Shown here: positions 48,451 through 62,486 of the stretch, in pieces
Numbering within the stretch: the first letter of the stretch is position 1
Layout: each line of letters opens with the position of its first letter
Assembly (NCBI RefSeq): GCF_964188315.1
Contig: NC_135656.1
Location: 81,406,001 to 81,470,000, forward strand
Source: Podarcis muralis
Lineage: Eukaryota
Length of the DNA: 64,000 nt
Direction of reading: 5' to 3'
The notes under the pieces: generated by a model
What the model saw: only the letters and a program-made list of their open reading frames with translations
What the model was told of the DNA's origin: nothing
Database searches by the model: none
Position numbers and translations under genes: made by a program

Positions 48451-51400
48451 ACAAAATGTTTTGCTGCTCTTAGGTAGCTTTCTAGGAAAATTATTTCAAG
48501 GGGAGTTTTGTGATGGCTAATCTTTCTGTTCTTCGCTAATTCATTGGGGGCAGGGGGACTCTTTAAGTTATTCTGGTTTTACTTAACACTTAAAAAAAAC
48601 CCTAACCCCTGCTACTACCACTTAGGAACAAGCCCACCATATTTCCAAGTAAGAAAATTACTTTCAATTCTACTGCTTGTAAACCAGAATGAGGCACCTT
48701 AAATGAAGCAAAAGAAGGAAATTAGCCCCAGATACAGCTGAATGCCGGCCATGTGTTTCTGCAGAGGGAATCTACAGCTCTCCTAGAGCTCCCTCATCAC
48801 CAGATCACTAGACATATAAAATGTGCAAATCAAGACATAATCTGGGAAAGAGTCTGTTGCAATATAGCAGACAGGAATACATCATATTTTTTGGCTTACA
48901 TACTCCCCCCTCCAAAAGGGCAACATTTGGCCAATGAATAGAATGTTTTAAAAGACCCTACCAGCCCCCAGTTTATAATGAAAGCTTTTCCATGTTTGAG
49001 ATACTATATTTACTTAGTTCAAATATTTATGGGTGCAATGTATATACAGTATTGAACAAAACAGAAACCAGATTCATTCCTTAATGAGTGTGAAGGAATA
49101 GACTACATACAGAACTAAATATACCATAGTGTGAAAGGGGGGGGGGGCGGGAAGCTGCTTGGCTAATACTTTGTTACGCAGCAACCCTAAGAAAATGAAA
49201 GTCTTAACAGCTACCGGACTGAAGAACAAAAACCAAATAAATTGGTATTAGTTTTTGTTCATTATCAGATTCCACCCCCCACCCCCAAGACAAAGGTTAG
49301 AATGTTCAAAACGTCTCTGAATTTATTCAGCTGTCCTTGTGGTCTCATGTTTCAGAAGTGGCTGCTGTGCTGTCTGTGTTCCCATATGACTGGATTAAAG
49401 CTATCTGGCAGGCTGGGTAAAGTTCTTAGGCCAGCACTGCCGTGCTTGTTCAAAACCTCAGTCATCAGCCATTGACAAGCTGCTAAATGCAGGATAACAT
49501 CTCCATTTTTTTAAGCAGCAGAACCGCAAGGCCAATACATCAGTGAGGGATGTATTCCTCAGAAATACATCTACATGCTACTAATTAGGGGAAGAGGAAC
49601 ATTTGCAGAAGTAAAACAACGACAACAACGACCAACAGTACTGATAATCATCATTGAATCTGATGCATTTATATTTTGTGCTTCCCATGAGGATCACAGA
49701 ACAATGCCTTTGCCTCACAACAATCCTGTGAGGCAGGTTGCTTGCTTGTCGCAAGGCCATTTTGTCAGTTTCACACCCAAACCCACCATTTTGGGCTGCC
49801 TCCCTAGAGTTTATGGTAGCCATATGTCTTTGCCATTTGAGGACTGAAAAAGCTTTGCTTGCCAATAGGAGCTAAAGAATTGGATGGGATTTAGAACACA
49901 CACCTTGCTTCAAGCTTGCATCAGAAGTATGCCTTATTGTACACAGAGGCGGCTATGATTGCTGGACTTCCAAGCCTACCTGTCCTGTATATTCTGGAAT
50001 AGCTGTCCAGATGATGGTTTCCCAGGCAGGTAAGTTATATAGGGGGAAATATCTCTCCACCCCCACCTTGAGTGCAACATCTGTTACTGTTTGTGAGTCT
50101 ATTCAAAATTCATAATGGATTCCATCTGTCTTCTAGTGGAAAAATGAACATGTCAAAATTACATTGCAAATGGTGTCTTTGTAGATCATCTCAGAAGGAA
50201 GTATGCACAGAAATGGTGCAAATGCAAGTCTGAGCATGGTCCGTTAGATTTAATCTTGGCACTGTTGAGGACTCTGTATTTAAAAGTATTTCGATTGTCA
50301 CAATCACAATTAAATTACCACATGTGTTTGTCTATTTCTAATTGCGCATCTCTCTAGAAAGCTTTTCCTGTTCCCAGCATGCATTTCAGCCTACAATCAG
50401 AAGTGCATGAAACAAAATGGACAAGAAAACATAAAATACAATGCAAGGTTTTCATGCTACTTCCTGCTTCTGAAATGCATAAAGCCCACGCAAACCCCAC
50501 AATTTTTGACATCAGAGCACAGGGCTCAGGGACACAATATGACCAATAGGCCTTGGATGCAATGATTGAACATGCCCAGAGACAGAAAAAATAATTATTA
50601 AAGAGACATTATTGGCCATCTATGATTGTGTTCAACCTAATAAAAGCTTAGATTTGGTCTCAGGAAATTTAAGCTAGTGTCCTAGTATGAAACAAGAATT
50701 TCAGTCAATTCACTTCCACCCACATGCACACATTAGTTACTATTTCCACATACTTTGACTGAGGAAAGAGAGGGTGCTTAAGAAGGTAGCTGGCCCTGCT
50801 CTACTCATCAAAACACAGACAATGTTGAAACACATCTTTGTACTGATAGAAACTCAGGAACTATGCCTTGGAATGATATTCTGGGTCTGTCATGAAAAGT
50901 GACCCCCTCCTTGACAGGGTCCAGTGAATATCTGAAAAGTGCATGTGAAAACTAACACAAGCTGCAAACTAAAATTAATATTTTGTGAAAAATGCCTTTT
51001 AAAGATCCATATTAATACGGGATTGCTAATCATGTATGTAACGTATCCAATTGTAAGTTACCAACAGCTAAACACTATATGTATACTTGGGTTGGTCGCA
51101 TTGAGTTCAATGGGGCTTGCTCCCAGGTAAATCAGTGTAGGATTTCAATCCTGCTTTGCTTATTTCCCCTGATTCTCACTTGCTACAATTTTCACTTTGT
51201 AATTCTCACCCCTTTAATACAACACCATGACTCTTGTTGCAAAGCCTGGGTTTGAAATCCAAACAATAAAAGCGTTCTTATTAAAACATGCACTCCACAG
51301 GCATTTTTAAGTCTGGTAGTCCATTTCGGATACATAACCCTGAAACTTTCATCTGCCTGAAAGTGTCCTTCTAAGTATATTAGCAATATCTCAGGTATGG

Positions 51401-52944
51401 AAATGTTATATAAAATATCAACACATTTACCCTGTCACGCCATCTGTGTGAGCTGCAGTCTCCACAACCAAACCTTTTACACACTGAAATCATTATCTCT
51501 CTGAAGTCTGCAGCTGGCATTTAAAACTTATTGATGGCATGGGTATCAGTGGCTCAGTAGGCAGCCCTTTTGCCTGAGGCTCACGAGGTCACAGGTTCAC
51601 ATTCTGCTCAGAGGAAAAGCTGGACATATTCCAGGATTGTGTGTGGGCTGTGCTAGACTCCTAGGGGGCAGTCCTTAAGTCAGTAAGTGAAACCATGTAT
51701 GCCTTGTAGATATCAAAGCTTTGTGTTCCTAATGGCAGAAGAGAAAGCGGGCAAGGAAGCTACATTCTGTATGCTTAGAGCAAGTGAAAAAATATATAAC
51801 CAAGTCTTGGATTCTTTCACTAGTAAATGCTACATAACAGTTACTATCACCAATCTGGGGGTTTCTGAGGAAATGACTATAATAATTAAGCACAGGTACA
51901 CATTCACAAACATCACCTGCGGGCAAAAAATCTGCAAGGGGTGGGATGTGAAGTAGAACACTATGATAAATTTGAATTTAACCTGCTCTGGTGTTAATGC
52001 TCTGATGCTTGGTTATCCCAGATGTCTCCCTCCTCATCTTCTTTATAGACAGGTAAAGTTGGATCTCTTGAAGGAACTGGGGATCACACTCTAGGCAAAG
52101 GTTGGACAGGTGATCAATGTACAGCATGAGATTTTGCTGTGGCAATGTGCCTCCAACAGTGACTGGATCATCTAGTCAAAAGAAACAAAACCAACATGAA
52201 ACATTTTGCTTGAGAAAGAGACCAAACAAATCCTATGCATAATGGCAGAAAGTGGCATTTCCAGCAAAGAAGGATTATAAGCATTTAATTGAAAGGGCTG
52301 AAATATTTGGAGACAATTTCTTGCATTTGTTAGGACGTAAATGTTGCTACTCAGGAGTTTCGTAACAGAACCCATTATTTTTTTTGAGAGTGATGGTTAG
52401 AGGGACCCAATTATTATCAGAACTTCATTGTACGATTGGTGGGAGAGTTAATATTTAGCCACAGAGCTAATTCTGCAACTTACATTGTCCTCCCCCAATG
52501 CTGTTATTATTTAACAAACAAAATTTTATTCAAAAAATTTATATATCCCTCGATTGTAAAAAAAAAGTCCTCTACGCAGTTTGCAGAAACTCAAAATAAA
52601 ACATTAACATTATTGATAAAATCAGTTTAAACCAGTATTTAAAAATATTCAAAAGATTATTAAAATAAACAGTAGATAAAAGGAAATAAAACACACATAA
52701 CTTCTACATGTCTGAATAGGCTTGCCTATTTTATTTAGCCACAAAGGGGGAAACATACAAGCCCCAATCCAAATTGCCCTCCAACAGCTGATGAAACTGC
52801 CATGCAACATATAGCTTAGCCCTGATTTTGTTCTTCAAAATCAGGTTTACTTACTAATAAGGAGAAACTGGTATCAAGCTCCTCTTTCCTCTGTTAGTTT
52901 TCTGCTTGCATCACTTTGACTATCACATCGTACTCTAGATCAGT

Positions 52945-53048
52945 GTGTTGGATCCAGAATTAATCATGCTCAGAATAGGTTCTGACTATCATAAATTCCA
53001 ATGATTTAAATGAGTCTGCTCTAAGCACCACTAAGATTGGATCCAAAC
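52945..53048. mobile_element. Palindromic MITE copy (degenerate)
   Basis: ttggatccag..ctcagaatagg..atgagtctgctctaagc..ttggatccaaac. Confidence 0.5.
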
Positions 53049-53231
53049 CATCATGTGTAATATTCTGATTTAAAGCCGACTGGATGGAATTCAATCCACT
53101 TGCAGAAGCACCAGATCATCTCCTGACTCAAAATACTATTGAATATTATCTTTCATAAGAACATTAACAATGATGGTTTCCTGTTTTTAAATTTTGCTGA
53201 TTTTGTTAGTATATTCCCCCCCCCCATTAAG

Positions 53232-53234
<3 letters not shown>

Positions 53235-53270
<36 letters not shown>
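53235..53270. repeat. (CA)n microsatellite
   Basis: Perfect dinucleotide run. Confidence 0.95.
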
Positions 53271-53272
<2 letters not shown>

Positions 53273-55419
53273 TAATAAACACAGAGAAAGGATCACTTTC
53301 TTCCTGAAGACAGTTCTGACTAGATATGCTGCTATTTGAGATTAATTTTTTAGGCTCCAAGTACACTTAGATGAAAAACCCCTCAAAATATTTATTCCTC
53401 GAAGCAAAGTCAGTGGATCTATGAATTAAAACGATCAAATGCTTTCAGACTCATAAAACAAGCACAGAGCAATTTCAAGTTTAGCCCTGGTAAAGGTAAA
53501 CTGAGCTTCCTTTGTGATGCGAATGTAATGGAAACTTGAAAGCTCAGTAACTGACTTCTCTGTTCATTCTCTGCAAAATTATTTCTGCTCCAGGAATATG
53601 CACGATCATAGGTTTGCACTAAGCCATGGTTTGGCTTAATGTTATGTGCGAACTGAACCTATGCGTAAAATCAATAAACATGGGACAAAATTGCTGTGAG
53701 GCGATAGGCAAGTTGCTGATTATGCAGAGAATGAACAGAGATTTTAGATTTATATATATATGCACATCACGAATCAGTTCACCATGACACTTGTACCATG
53801 ATAACCACACACCCCCACACACAGTGGACATATTTGGATAAATGGGAAAAGCATGGCAAAGAAAGAAACCACAGCTTGTTTCAGAAACAATAAAAAGTAA
53901 TACAGAATTTAGGTTGCAGGCTTATTCAATGGGACTTACTTTGAGTAGACATGCATAGGATTGCACTGCAAACAGATTCAGGTTATAATCCAAAATCTAA
54001 CAACAATTTCCTCCTGGATTCTGGCTTTAAAAAGTCAGTGTAATTGAGGTTTCTACAGCTTTAGTGTGTCAAAGAGCCATTTGATACACCAAATATGCTC
54101 CATAGAAGGTTTAAAAAGGAGGCTGCATTCCAGAACTTTGATACAAAATAGAAAAGGCTACACAGTAAAACAAATGCACTTCACTACATAACAAGAACAC
54201 ATTTCATAAAGGAGCAGAGCATGTCCTCTTAACCTGTGACAACAAATTTGTTTATTTAGTTTTCTTCTTAGTAAGAAAGCAATTGGTTTTTTCACCCAAT
54301 AAAAATATCCTTATGCATTTATAAACACTACTGGTAATTATGTAATTACCCAGCCCAATCATGTTAAATTGCTGTCAGTTAGGTTCCCACCACTGATTAC
54401 CCATGTAGTGCACTAAATCTAAATGAAGCCTTTGCTAAAGTGCACTTAGTGATTTACAAAGGTGTCTCTATGGTTCTAAAAACCATAACAGCACTATATT
54501 ATTTGCTATAATCACTCAGTGTCCAAGGTCAAGGATAGATCTCACTGAATTTCTTGTATAAAAATGGAAAGAAACACAGAATTAAACACATGGCTTATTT
54601 TTGTGTTCCTCATCATGACTTCTGCATCTAATGGTAACCTTTCACCTCCACACATTTAAAATGCTATAATTATGTAATTAAAACCAATTATGTAATTTTA
54701 CCCTATGGATTCTTATCCTACAGGATCCAAATCAATTATTTTGTTCAGTGGCCTTGAAAGATTTTGTAATATGAAACAAACAGTGAGGTTTAAAATTAAG
54801 GAGTAGGAAAATTTACAAATTAATCAAATTAATCCTGCCAAAGGGCTACTTACATGTAACTCAATGTCAAACAAATCCTGTGATGATGTTCAGCTCAGAA
54901 AGCAACCAACAATATATTTTACAGTCCTTTATAAATTGTAAGAAATATGAATGCCTGCTAAGACTTGACAAGCCAAATCGGATGACAACAGATACATTCC
55001 TGTACAGTTGTTCAGTCTCCATCCTAATTTCCAAGGTTCATATAATAAATAGTGGAAAAATCCAAAGTAATGTCATCATAGACTGGCTGACATTGCTACA
55101 GGGGAGATTAATGAGGGATAGGGGAATTTCTCCTTCCCTTTGAATGCTAAAAAATGGTCTGGCTTGTGGGCTTCCCAAGAAGCATTTGGGTTGCCACTGT
55201 GGGTAATGGGTTGTTGGACTCGATAGGTGTTCATTCTGATCCAGTGGGTCTCTTCTTAAGTTCAGACCTAACAACAACATGTAAAATCAGAAGGAACTCG
55301 GGGGGGGGGGGGGGGCGGACTGATCTGACTCAGAATGACAATTCTTTACAGGTGCTTATAATATCAGTGGAAAAAGTTGGTAACGGCCTTCAATTTTAAC
55401 CTGAAGATTGCCCCTTGTC

Positions 55420-55558
55420 CAGTTTTAATTTTAATTTGTTTGAATTAATTGTGGGATGTATCTTAATTTAATGATCGCTTGTTTTTATGCATTGTCTTAC
55501 TTGTATGATGTTAGCCGCTCTGAGCCCGTCTTTGGCCGAGGAGGGGGGATATAAATAA

Positions 55559-55598
<40 letters not shown>
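55420..55598 (+). mobile_element. L2 LINE 3' end with (ATT)n tail
   Basis: gttagccgctctgagccc..ggggatataaataaa(tta)n. Confidence 0.8.
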
Positions 55599-55599
<1 letters not shown>

Positions 55600-56026
55600 C
55601 TTTTCTATATTTTCTTTCTCTGCTTTCCCAACAATCATGAGAACAATCTTCCAGAAGCTGAAATAAATCACAGGAGCTGCTGGTCTCTCTCTTACTGCTT
55701 CCACACCCCACACCATTCTCCACCTTCCTATTATATGAAATGATTTGACATTTCAGAAGATGCTACATCTACTTAACCGTGCAAAGAGCATCTCCTGGTT
55801 TAGCAAACTAGTGAAAACAAACAAAAAGTGAACAATATTTCTCTCCTCATCTCCACAAAAAAAACACCTTTCTACATGAGACCAAATTTTAAACAGAAAT
55901 GCAGCGACTTGTCATTTGGAGGCTACGATGTTGAGTTGCAATACCATATATCTGAATTCGAATTCCTTAAATAAAATAAATAAAAACAATGGTATATGCA
56001 TCTGCTAAAACTATATGACATATACC

Positions 56027-56181
56027 CAGTGCTTTTTTCTAAGGGGGGGGGGGGATGCAGGGGTATGCATACTCCTAAAAATTTTGTGAATCTAAGTTTG
56101 GCCTCATTGAGGGGCAGTATTTCAATATGAATAGGAAAATGAGAACACCCCTAAACATTTTTTTTAAAGAAAAAAGTGCTG
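56027..56181. mobile_element. hAT MITE, 155 bp
   Basis: TIRs cagtgcttttttct / agaaaaaagtgctg; 8-bp TSD catatac(c/g). Confidence 0.85.
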
Positions 56182-58089
56182 CATATACGAAATAGCATCT
56201 CAATCACATTGTACTGTTAAATTACAATTAAAAAATGACTTTTATCATCTTTGACTATGCAGTTTTGGGGGGCAAGTATATCATTCACTTAAAAACTCCC
56301 CCCCCCCAAAAAAAACCTCATAAAGGTCTAAGCAGCAATGAACATTATGAATAAAACTATGGTCCTTCTTCAACGGGATTTGCTTCTAAATCAAATGGAG
56401 TTTGTTACTAATCAGATTTCCTCATTTTAAAATTTATCTTTATCCAAGCAAAGGTGATTTATATCTAAGAATACAAAGTTTTTTCCATGAGGTCAGCATG
56501 TCCAAACAGGTAAGTTCAAATAAAGATAATGTACCTGAAAGTCTTAAGTTGAACAAATCCCCTTATCCCACCACAATGAATAAAGTTTCCTAAGCGGTAT
56601 ACAGTACAAAAATTAAACACTGACACAGGTCTTGCCCCCTGGTATGTAACAATAACAACAACAATAATAATTTACTGAATGAAAAGGGCATGGGGAAGGG
56701 AAGGGGAAACAAATAAATTCAGATACCCAAACTTTCTTGTCACATAATGACAAGGTGCAACGGCCACTGAAGAAACAATTGAGAGACAGGAGGAGCCAAA
56801 TTGCAGTTTGTCACAGCAGAGTCAAGGGAGCAAAAATGTTTGAGGATTTACATGTACATATGAAACTTCTGATCTGTGCTGACCTGATCCACCCCTCCCA
56901 GCAACAGGTAAGAATTAAAAACCATTATGAGGGAAGCAGTCTTGATACAGAATAATAGCACCAGAGTCTTGGTCTTGGGCTCACTTTGATCCTTTCCCAG
57001 TCTTTAAGATTATGATTCCTTACTCATTCAAATTAGAAAAAAAAAATCCTTTCAAAATATGGAGCTATATACTTAAACCAGAGCATTTGCAGAATCCCCA
57101 AACCAAGTTCTCTCTAAACATAAAGCATACATTTATCAGCTAAACACCCCGCCTCATCCCCCATTTTGCTTGCAATATGTCACTCATGTCTGCCACGAAC
57201 AAGATCCTGCTGTTTTTAAAGTTGAACCCCTGCTGCAATTTGGCCACTCAAAATATTCTGTCATAGTTCATCTAATACAGAATTTTTCAATATATCCATA
57301 TTTGGATTCCTTTGCAAATTCTTTTTCTGCTCTGTGTGTGAAGTTCCATAAGCTGGAAATAAAAGTTTTAATGTGCTCTTTCAAAACCAAAAGAAAGTGA
57401 AAGAAATAGACTACAATCCCCCTGGTAAAAAATTATCACACAGTATACTGTTCAGTTTTGCTTTATGGTTCACAGAACTGGCAGGTTATTTTAATTGCCT
57501 CTTTACTTATTTTATAAGTCAGATATAGTTTGGGTTTTCTTTTCTTTTTTTACTGATGATGACTGCTCACTAGGTTTTCACTTCTATTTTGTCAAGTACT
57601 GACCTTCATCTTTCTAATCTTCATCTACAAAGCAATTATTAAATTTTCTAAGAAGGACAGTTCATCTCAAAGTAAAGGAATTACACCTTTGTGAATTCCC
57701 ATGTGGCAAAAGCATCACTATTGTTTTTAATGGCTGCTTCTTTGGCCCACAAACACCTCTTCAAAATCCTGACACTGGTCCACACATACAACAAAAATGT
57801 AAACAAAGAAAAATCTGTGAACTAGATTGTAATATACAGCCACTAATATTTGGCAGCCTTGAGATATACATCTATTTTTGTTGTGATACAGCCAAGCAGC
57901 AAAATGATCATCTGGTTAAGTTGGCAACCTAGAATAATAAAAAAATTAAACTGGTGAACTATAACTACAGCAAGATGATAATCCGGTTAAACTGGGTGAC
58001 CTATAATATCAATTCCATTCCTTCTCATTCCAATGGTAGTTTCTGTTTCTCATTCATGTCAAAATCATGATTGACCTGAAATTGTAGAG

Positions 58090-58348
58090 CATGGATGGGG
58101 AGCTTGTGTCCCCCTCAGTTGTTTTTGAACTAGAACTCCTGTCATCATGCTAGCTGGGGCTGATGGGAGATATATGGAGAGCCACAAGTCCCTACTGCTC
58201 CTGTAATGCAGGAACAGGGAGCATGTGTCTTTACAAGTGTTGTTGGACTTCCAACAGCCCATCATCCCTAGGCCAATATGGCCAATGATCATGGAAAATA
58301 GGAGTTGTAGTCCAACAACACCTGAAGGCCTGTAGGTTCCACATCCCT
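58090..58348. mobile_element. Two adjacent degenerate hAT MITEs
   Basis: Each has the ggggctgatgggag / ggagttgtagtccaacaac family core. Confidence 0.6.
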
Positions 58349-58899
58349 AATACAGAGGAAAAAGTGAAAAAGAAAATATGGGTCAGTCTTCATGCCAATC
58401 ATTACACAACAGTAACTGTGCCTTTAAAAGTTCCCTGTTTTCCTTGATTCCTTTCTTCTGAGGTGTATTCAAAATTGATTTACAAAGGACAAGGCGACTT
58501 GGACTCATTCGTGAAAAGTTAGATACAGAATGCTGCTTTCCTGTCACATGTCTCTTATTTATTTAATTATTTATTTACTTACTAATTAGTATGCCTCCCA
58601 TATTAAATATCTTTTGGATGACAGGTCTAGTGATATTACACTGGCCGTGGCAAAGTTTCTCTTGGAAGTTAAAAGAAACAAGGATCATTATGCTTGAGAC
58701 ATAACAAAATGACCGCCTCGGTTCCTCTCTCTTTTGTGGTTGGCTGTCTTAACTTTATTTTGTTCTGAAATTGTTCGATGGGTCTTTGGACCGCAATAAA
58801 GATTTTATTAATTAGTTTAAAGCCTACCTTTTTCTCAGTAAAAATATAACATGAAACGATAGCATATCAGATTCGCATAAAATTGTAAGCCAGAAGCTA

Positions 58900-59555
58900 T
58901 ACATCATAATTAAATCCAACCCCTAAGGGCCTCCTAAGGAATCAGTGCAAACTGTACAATAATGGAGCCAGGTAGGCCTCCTTAGGGAAGGCATTTCCCA
59001 ACAAAAGTGCTATGATGAAGGAAAGGCCCTATATTTTATTTCTCCATACCAAACTTCAGATGAAATGGCCTATGCTACTGGCAGTACACAGGGAAGTATA
59101 TTTCATTTGAAGTATGTTTTGAAGGACCTGATGTATCCAGGTCTTAAGACCATTTAGGGCTTAGTGGTAAGAACCTGAATGGTGGGTTGAGCCTAGAAAG
59201 AAATATGCAACCAATGCAGGTAAGGAGTATCTGGGAAACTATACTTCCCAAGTGATATTTGCAGGCACACAAGCTGCCATCACTCAAACCATCTAGTGCA
59301 GTAGAAGCTGGGCTCTAGCAAAGGTTGAGTTGGTTGGGGTGAAAATACAGTGGTGGGCGAAGTGGGAGAGGGTTGAAAGAGAACTCTTCTCCAGCTTGGT
59401 GTCATGACCAAGTATTATGAACATCCTTGAGCGAATACTTCGGAATCCAGAAGAAGCTTCCGAACTCTATCACAGCTGAAATTTCTGAACACTTTTCAGA
59501 GGCAGCCTCACATAGGACACATTACAATAGTCCAACTTGGATGTTACTAAGGATG
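58900..59555 (-). mobile_element. Old L2 ORF2 3' fragment
   Basis: ggcctccttagggaaggcattt..ccaggtcttaagaccatttagggctt..ttttcagaggcagcc..cattacaatagtccaac are decayed L2 landmarks. Confidence 0.6.
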
Positions 59556-61794
59556 CTACTAACGGCTGAGGAAAGGTATCCACAGGCTGTTGCATAAGCA
59601 AACCACAGCCTTATGTTCATTTCTGTAGAAGGATGACTCTGAGTGTGGGTAAAAAAAAGCAAATACAAAGTATGTGAATATACTACAAATTGTGTGCTTT
59701 TTCCAGTATTTGCTTTTTGGCCTTTCCTCAGTCCTCTTCAAATCAGCCCCAGAGGGAGGACAGCTGGAGTAAGATAGACTAGCATTGTGGGAGCCAGAGG
59801 GCTTTTTCACTCTTTGCTTTTCAAAGGTATGAGTTATAATTTTTTGCAGATCCCATAGTCTTAGCCATATATAGTATTGTGCCTCAGTTTTTGGATGCTG
59901 TATGATTAACTCCTTGCCCTACAAAACACAAAACAGAGTTATCCTCACCCTTATTAGATCTTTTTCTTTACTATGATCTGATGCAAAATTATTTTTGTTT
60001 GGTCTACTCTATGCTGACAGCAATTAATACTAAGGCCTAAAACTTAAAGGGATAGAGCTAACACATGTTTTTAATCTGTAAGCAAGTTATCCAATTATTT
60101 TAGGTAAACTCTATGATTGCAACCATTCTACCTACTCTGATATAATGAATTATTTTCTCCCAAAAGGTCTTAGGAGTTGTGTAGCCTTCTTGGTAGAAAT
60201 ATATGGCGATCTCTTCTTTACCAATCATGGGATTATTTAATGACTGTGCATTAATTGTTTGGGTGTAATAAGATACTGGGAGCATGACTGAGGAAAATCT
60301 TGTGTGTGTCAAGATTAGAATTTATCATTATAAATTGAGCCTGTGTGAGTCCTGGGCAAGAGTGACTAATGTGATGGATTGGTGATGATGAAACATAATG
60401 AATAGAATGAATGGAAAAGGTAATATTTTTGAGCATTTTTTGTAATTGTAAAGATGATTTGCCTAATCTGGTGCTCACTGCTTGTTGCTGCTCCTGTAAA
60501 ATTAGGTGTTCCTGGCAGGGGAAAATGAAATGACGACAAACATAACAATAGTGCAACAATTGTGCTGGTTTCCCTAACAGATGGAGAATTATAATCTACA
60601 CTTTAATATTTATATTCATATAGCTGTCAAAAGCAGCAGCAGCAACAGAAGTAGTATTATTGAACAAGTCCCTTATTTACATAGCAGCATCCCTTGATAG
60701 GCATAGATATAGAAGGTTTCTTGGTGTGGTTCTAAACTATGACAAAATATTTTAATTGAGGGGTATGCAAATAAATATATAAGCAAAGATTTATTTATAA
60801 CAATATTTATATCATCATGTTTTATTTTAGGATTTTACTATCACCTCAAATATTGTATATGAGGTGGAATTAAATAAGTAATAAATTCACTGTATAACCT
60901 TTATAACATTTTGGGCTATGTGCCTGCATTTATCCTTTTTGGCAAATTCTTCTTCATATGTCAGGTTTGCATATATAGACAGCCAGTTTGTCTGATATTT
61001 ACAGCCATTCTCTTCCTTTGCTTTCTCAACAACAACCGTGATATACAACTTGGTCGTCACTATCATATATCTAACTATGGTATAGAAATTCATGTGTCTC
61101 AGTCTTGCTTCCTCTGTATGCAATCCTCCTGAGTTTTATAGGATGCTCTTAATAAGAAGCACATTATTCTGAAGAGGAAATCCTTGAGCAGACGTTGCAA
61201 AGGAGTATGGCAAATTAGTTTCAGTATGTGGAAGGTCAACTCAGAAAAAAAGCTGAAATATGCATTTCTATAGCTAAAAAAGAGAACTAGTACGCTGCTA
61301 ATTCTGTGATGTTTATATAACTCTTGCATTAGAATCAAGAGCAAGAGTCAAAATGTAGGGGTTATCTCCTTAATGTCAACTCTACTACTCCAAGTTCAGA
61401 AAAGCTAGGATTTCGATCTGTACATTTTGGTAGAAGGCTCCTGATTTAAGAGAGAGGCAACCAAACCAAACCATTATTCAAAAACAAAGCAAGGGATACT
61501 GAGTTAGATACAGAGAACCTTCCTCTATTGGAAAAACTTTCTCTGTTTGAAGGAGGTGCTTTCTCCAATGAACAAAGTGGTCCTTTGATAATTAAAAAAA
61601 AACACACACACACACCTTGAAGGAAGTTTGTTGGAGTATGATTTTCTGGATCCACTCCGTTAAGACGAAAACTGGGCTGCTTTGCGAAAATGCAAGCAAG
61701 TCTAAGATCTCACAAATCTAAAGAAAGTTTCCTCTTAAAAGCCTTAAGTGCACTGCTGAAAGCCTATACCCTCTGAGTTATTCTGGTATGCAGG

Positions 61795-62486
61795 TGTTAC
61801 CAAATGGACTTGGGCTGGTGCATATGGCTTGCTTCTTAGGAGTGATGATCTGGTATCCTAGGGCCAGTCTTCATCAGCAAATGACCTCAGCAAAGGTTCA
61901 GGGGAAGCGGTGCTAGCTCCACAGCACCCAATTATGGAATCCAGGAACTCTACCGAGGTACGATGGTAGTAGATAAACAAGAAAAGAGGCCTGAAGCAAT
62001 AGTTTCTCCTTCTCATGGCATCATGACCCAAGGACCATGCACTGTCCAGTGGAAGACTCAGAGGAGGGTAAGGCTCCAGCTTCATCCTGAGTGGAAGAAC
62101 TGCCAGGACTTTTTTCAGGAGCCCCTCAGTCGCAGGACACAGCTTTGCCAACTGCTCTGATTCAGTGCAGAAGTCTCTCAAAGTGCCCCAGTCTCCCCAG
62201 TCTTGCAGAAGGCAAAAACTGCAAAATAAGGGAAGGGCACTTTAAGAGCTAGCTGGCTCTTCTGGGGAGGCGGGTTTTTCTACACTACAGGTCTAGTTAA
62301 CTGTATGTTAGGCTTCAGATGTAGCTTGGTGCATGCTGAGCAGTTTCAGTAGGACTCTGGGAGCTCTCCAAGGTCCTGCACAATCCTGCTGTTGTCTTGA
62401 ATTTTGGACTTGGCCTCTTGCTGAGACACTGAAGGGGTTCACCTGTGAGCCCCGCGCTCTTGCAGAACGCACAGGACGTTACCACA
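61795..62486 (+). mobile_element. Possible decayed solo LTR
   Basis: TG start, CA end, GC-richer than flanks, gaagactcagagg motif resembling one in the 43241 LTR; no TSD or clear poly(A) signal. Confidence 0.35.

Noticed and set aside
56445-61203. Plus-strand candidate exons (about 56450-56509, 59731-59767, 61141-61203)
   Set aside because: Splice sites look plausible but the phases do not chain convincingly and the peptides are unrecognised; they are indistinguishable from pseudo-exons.
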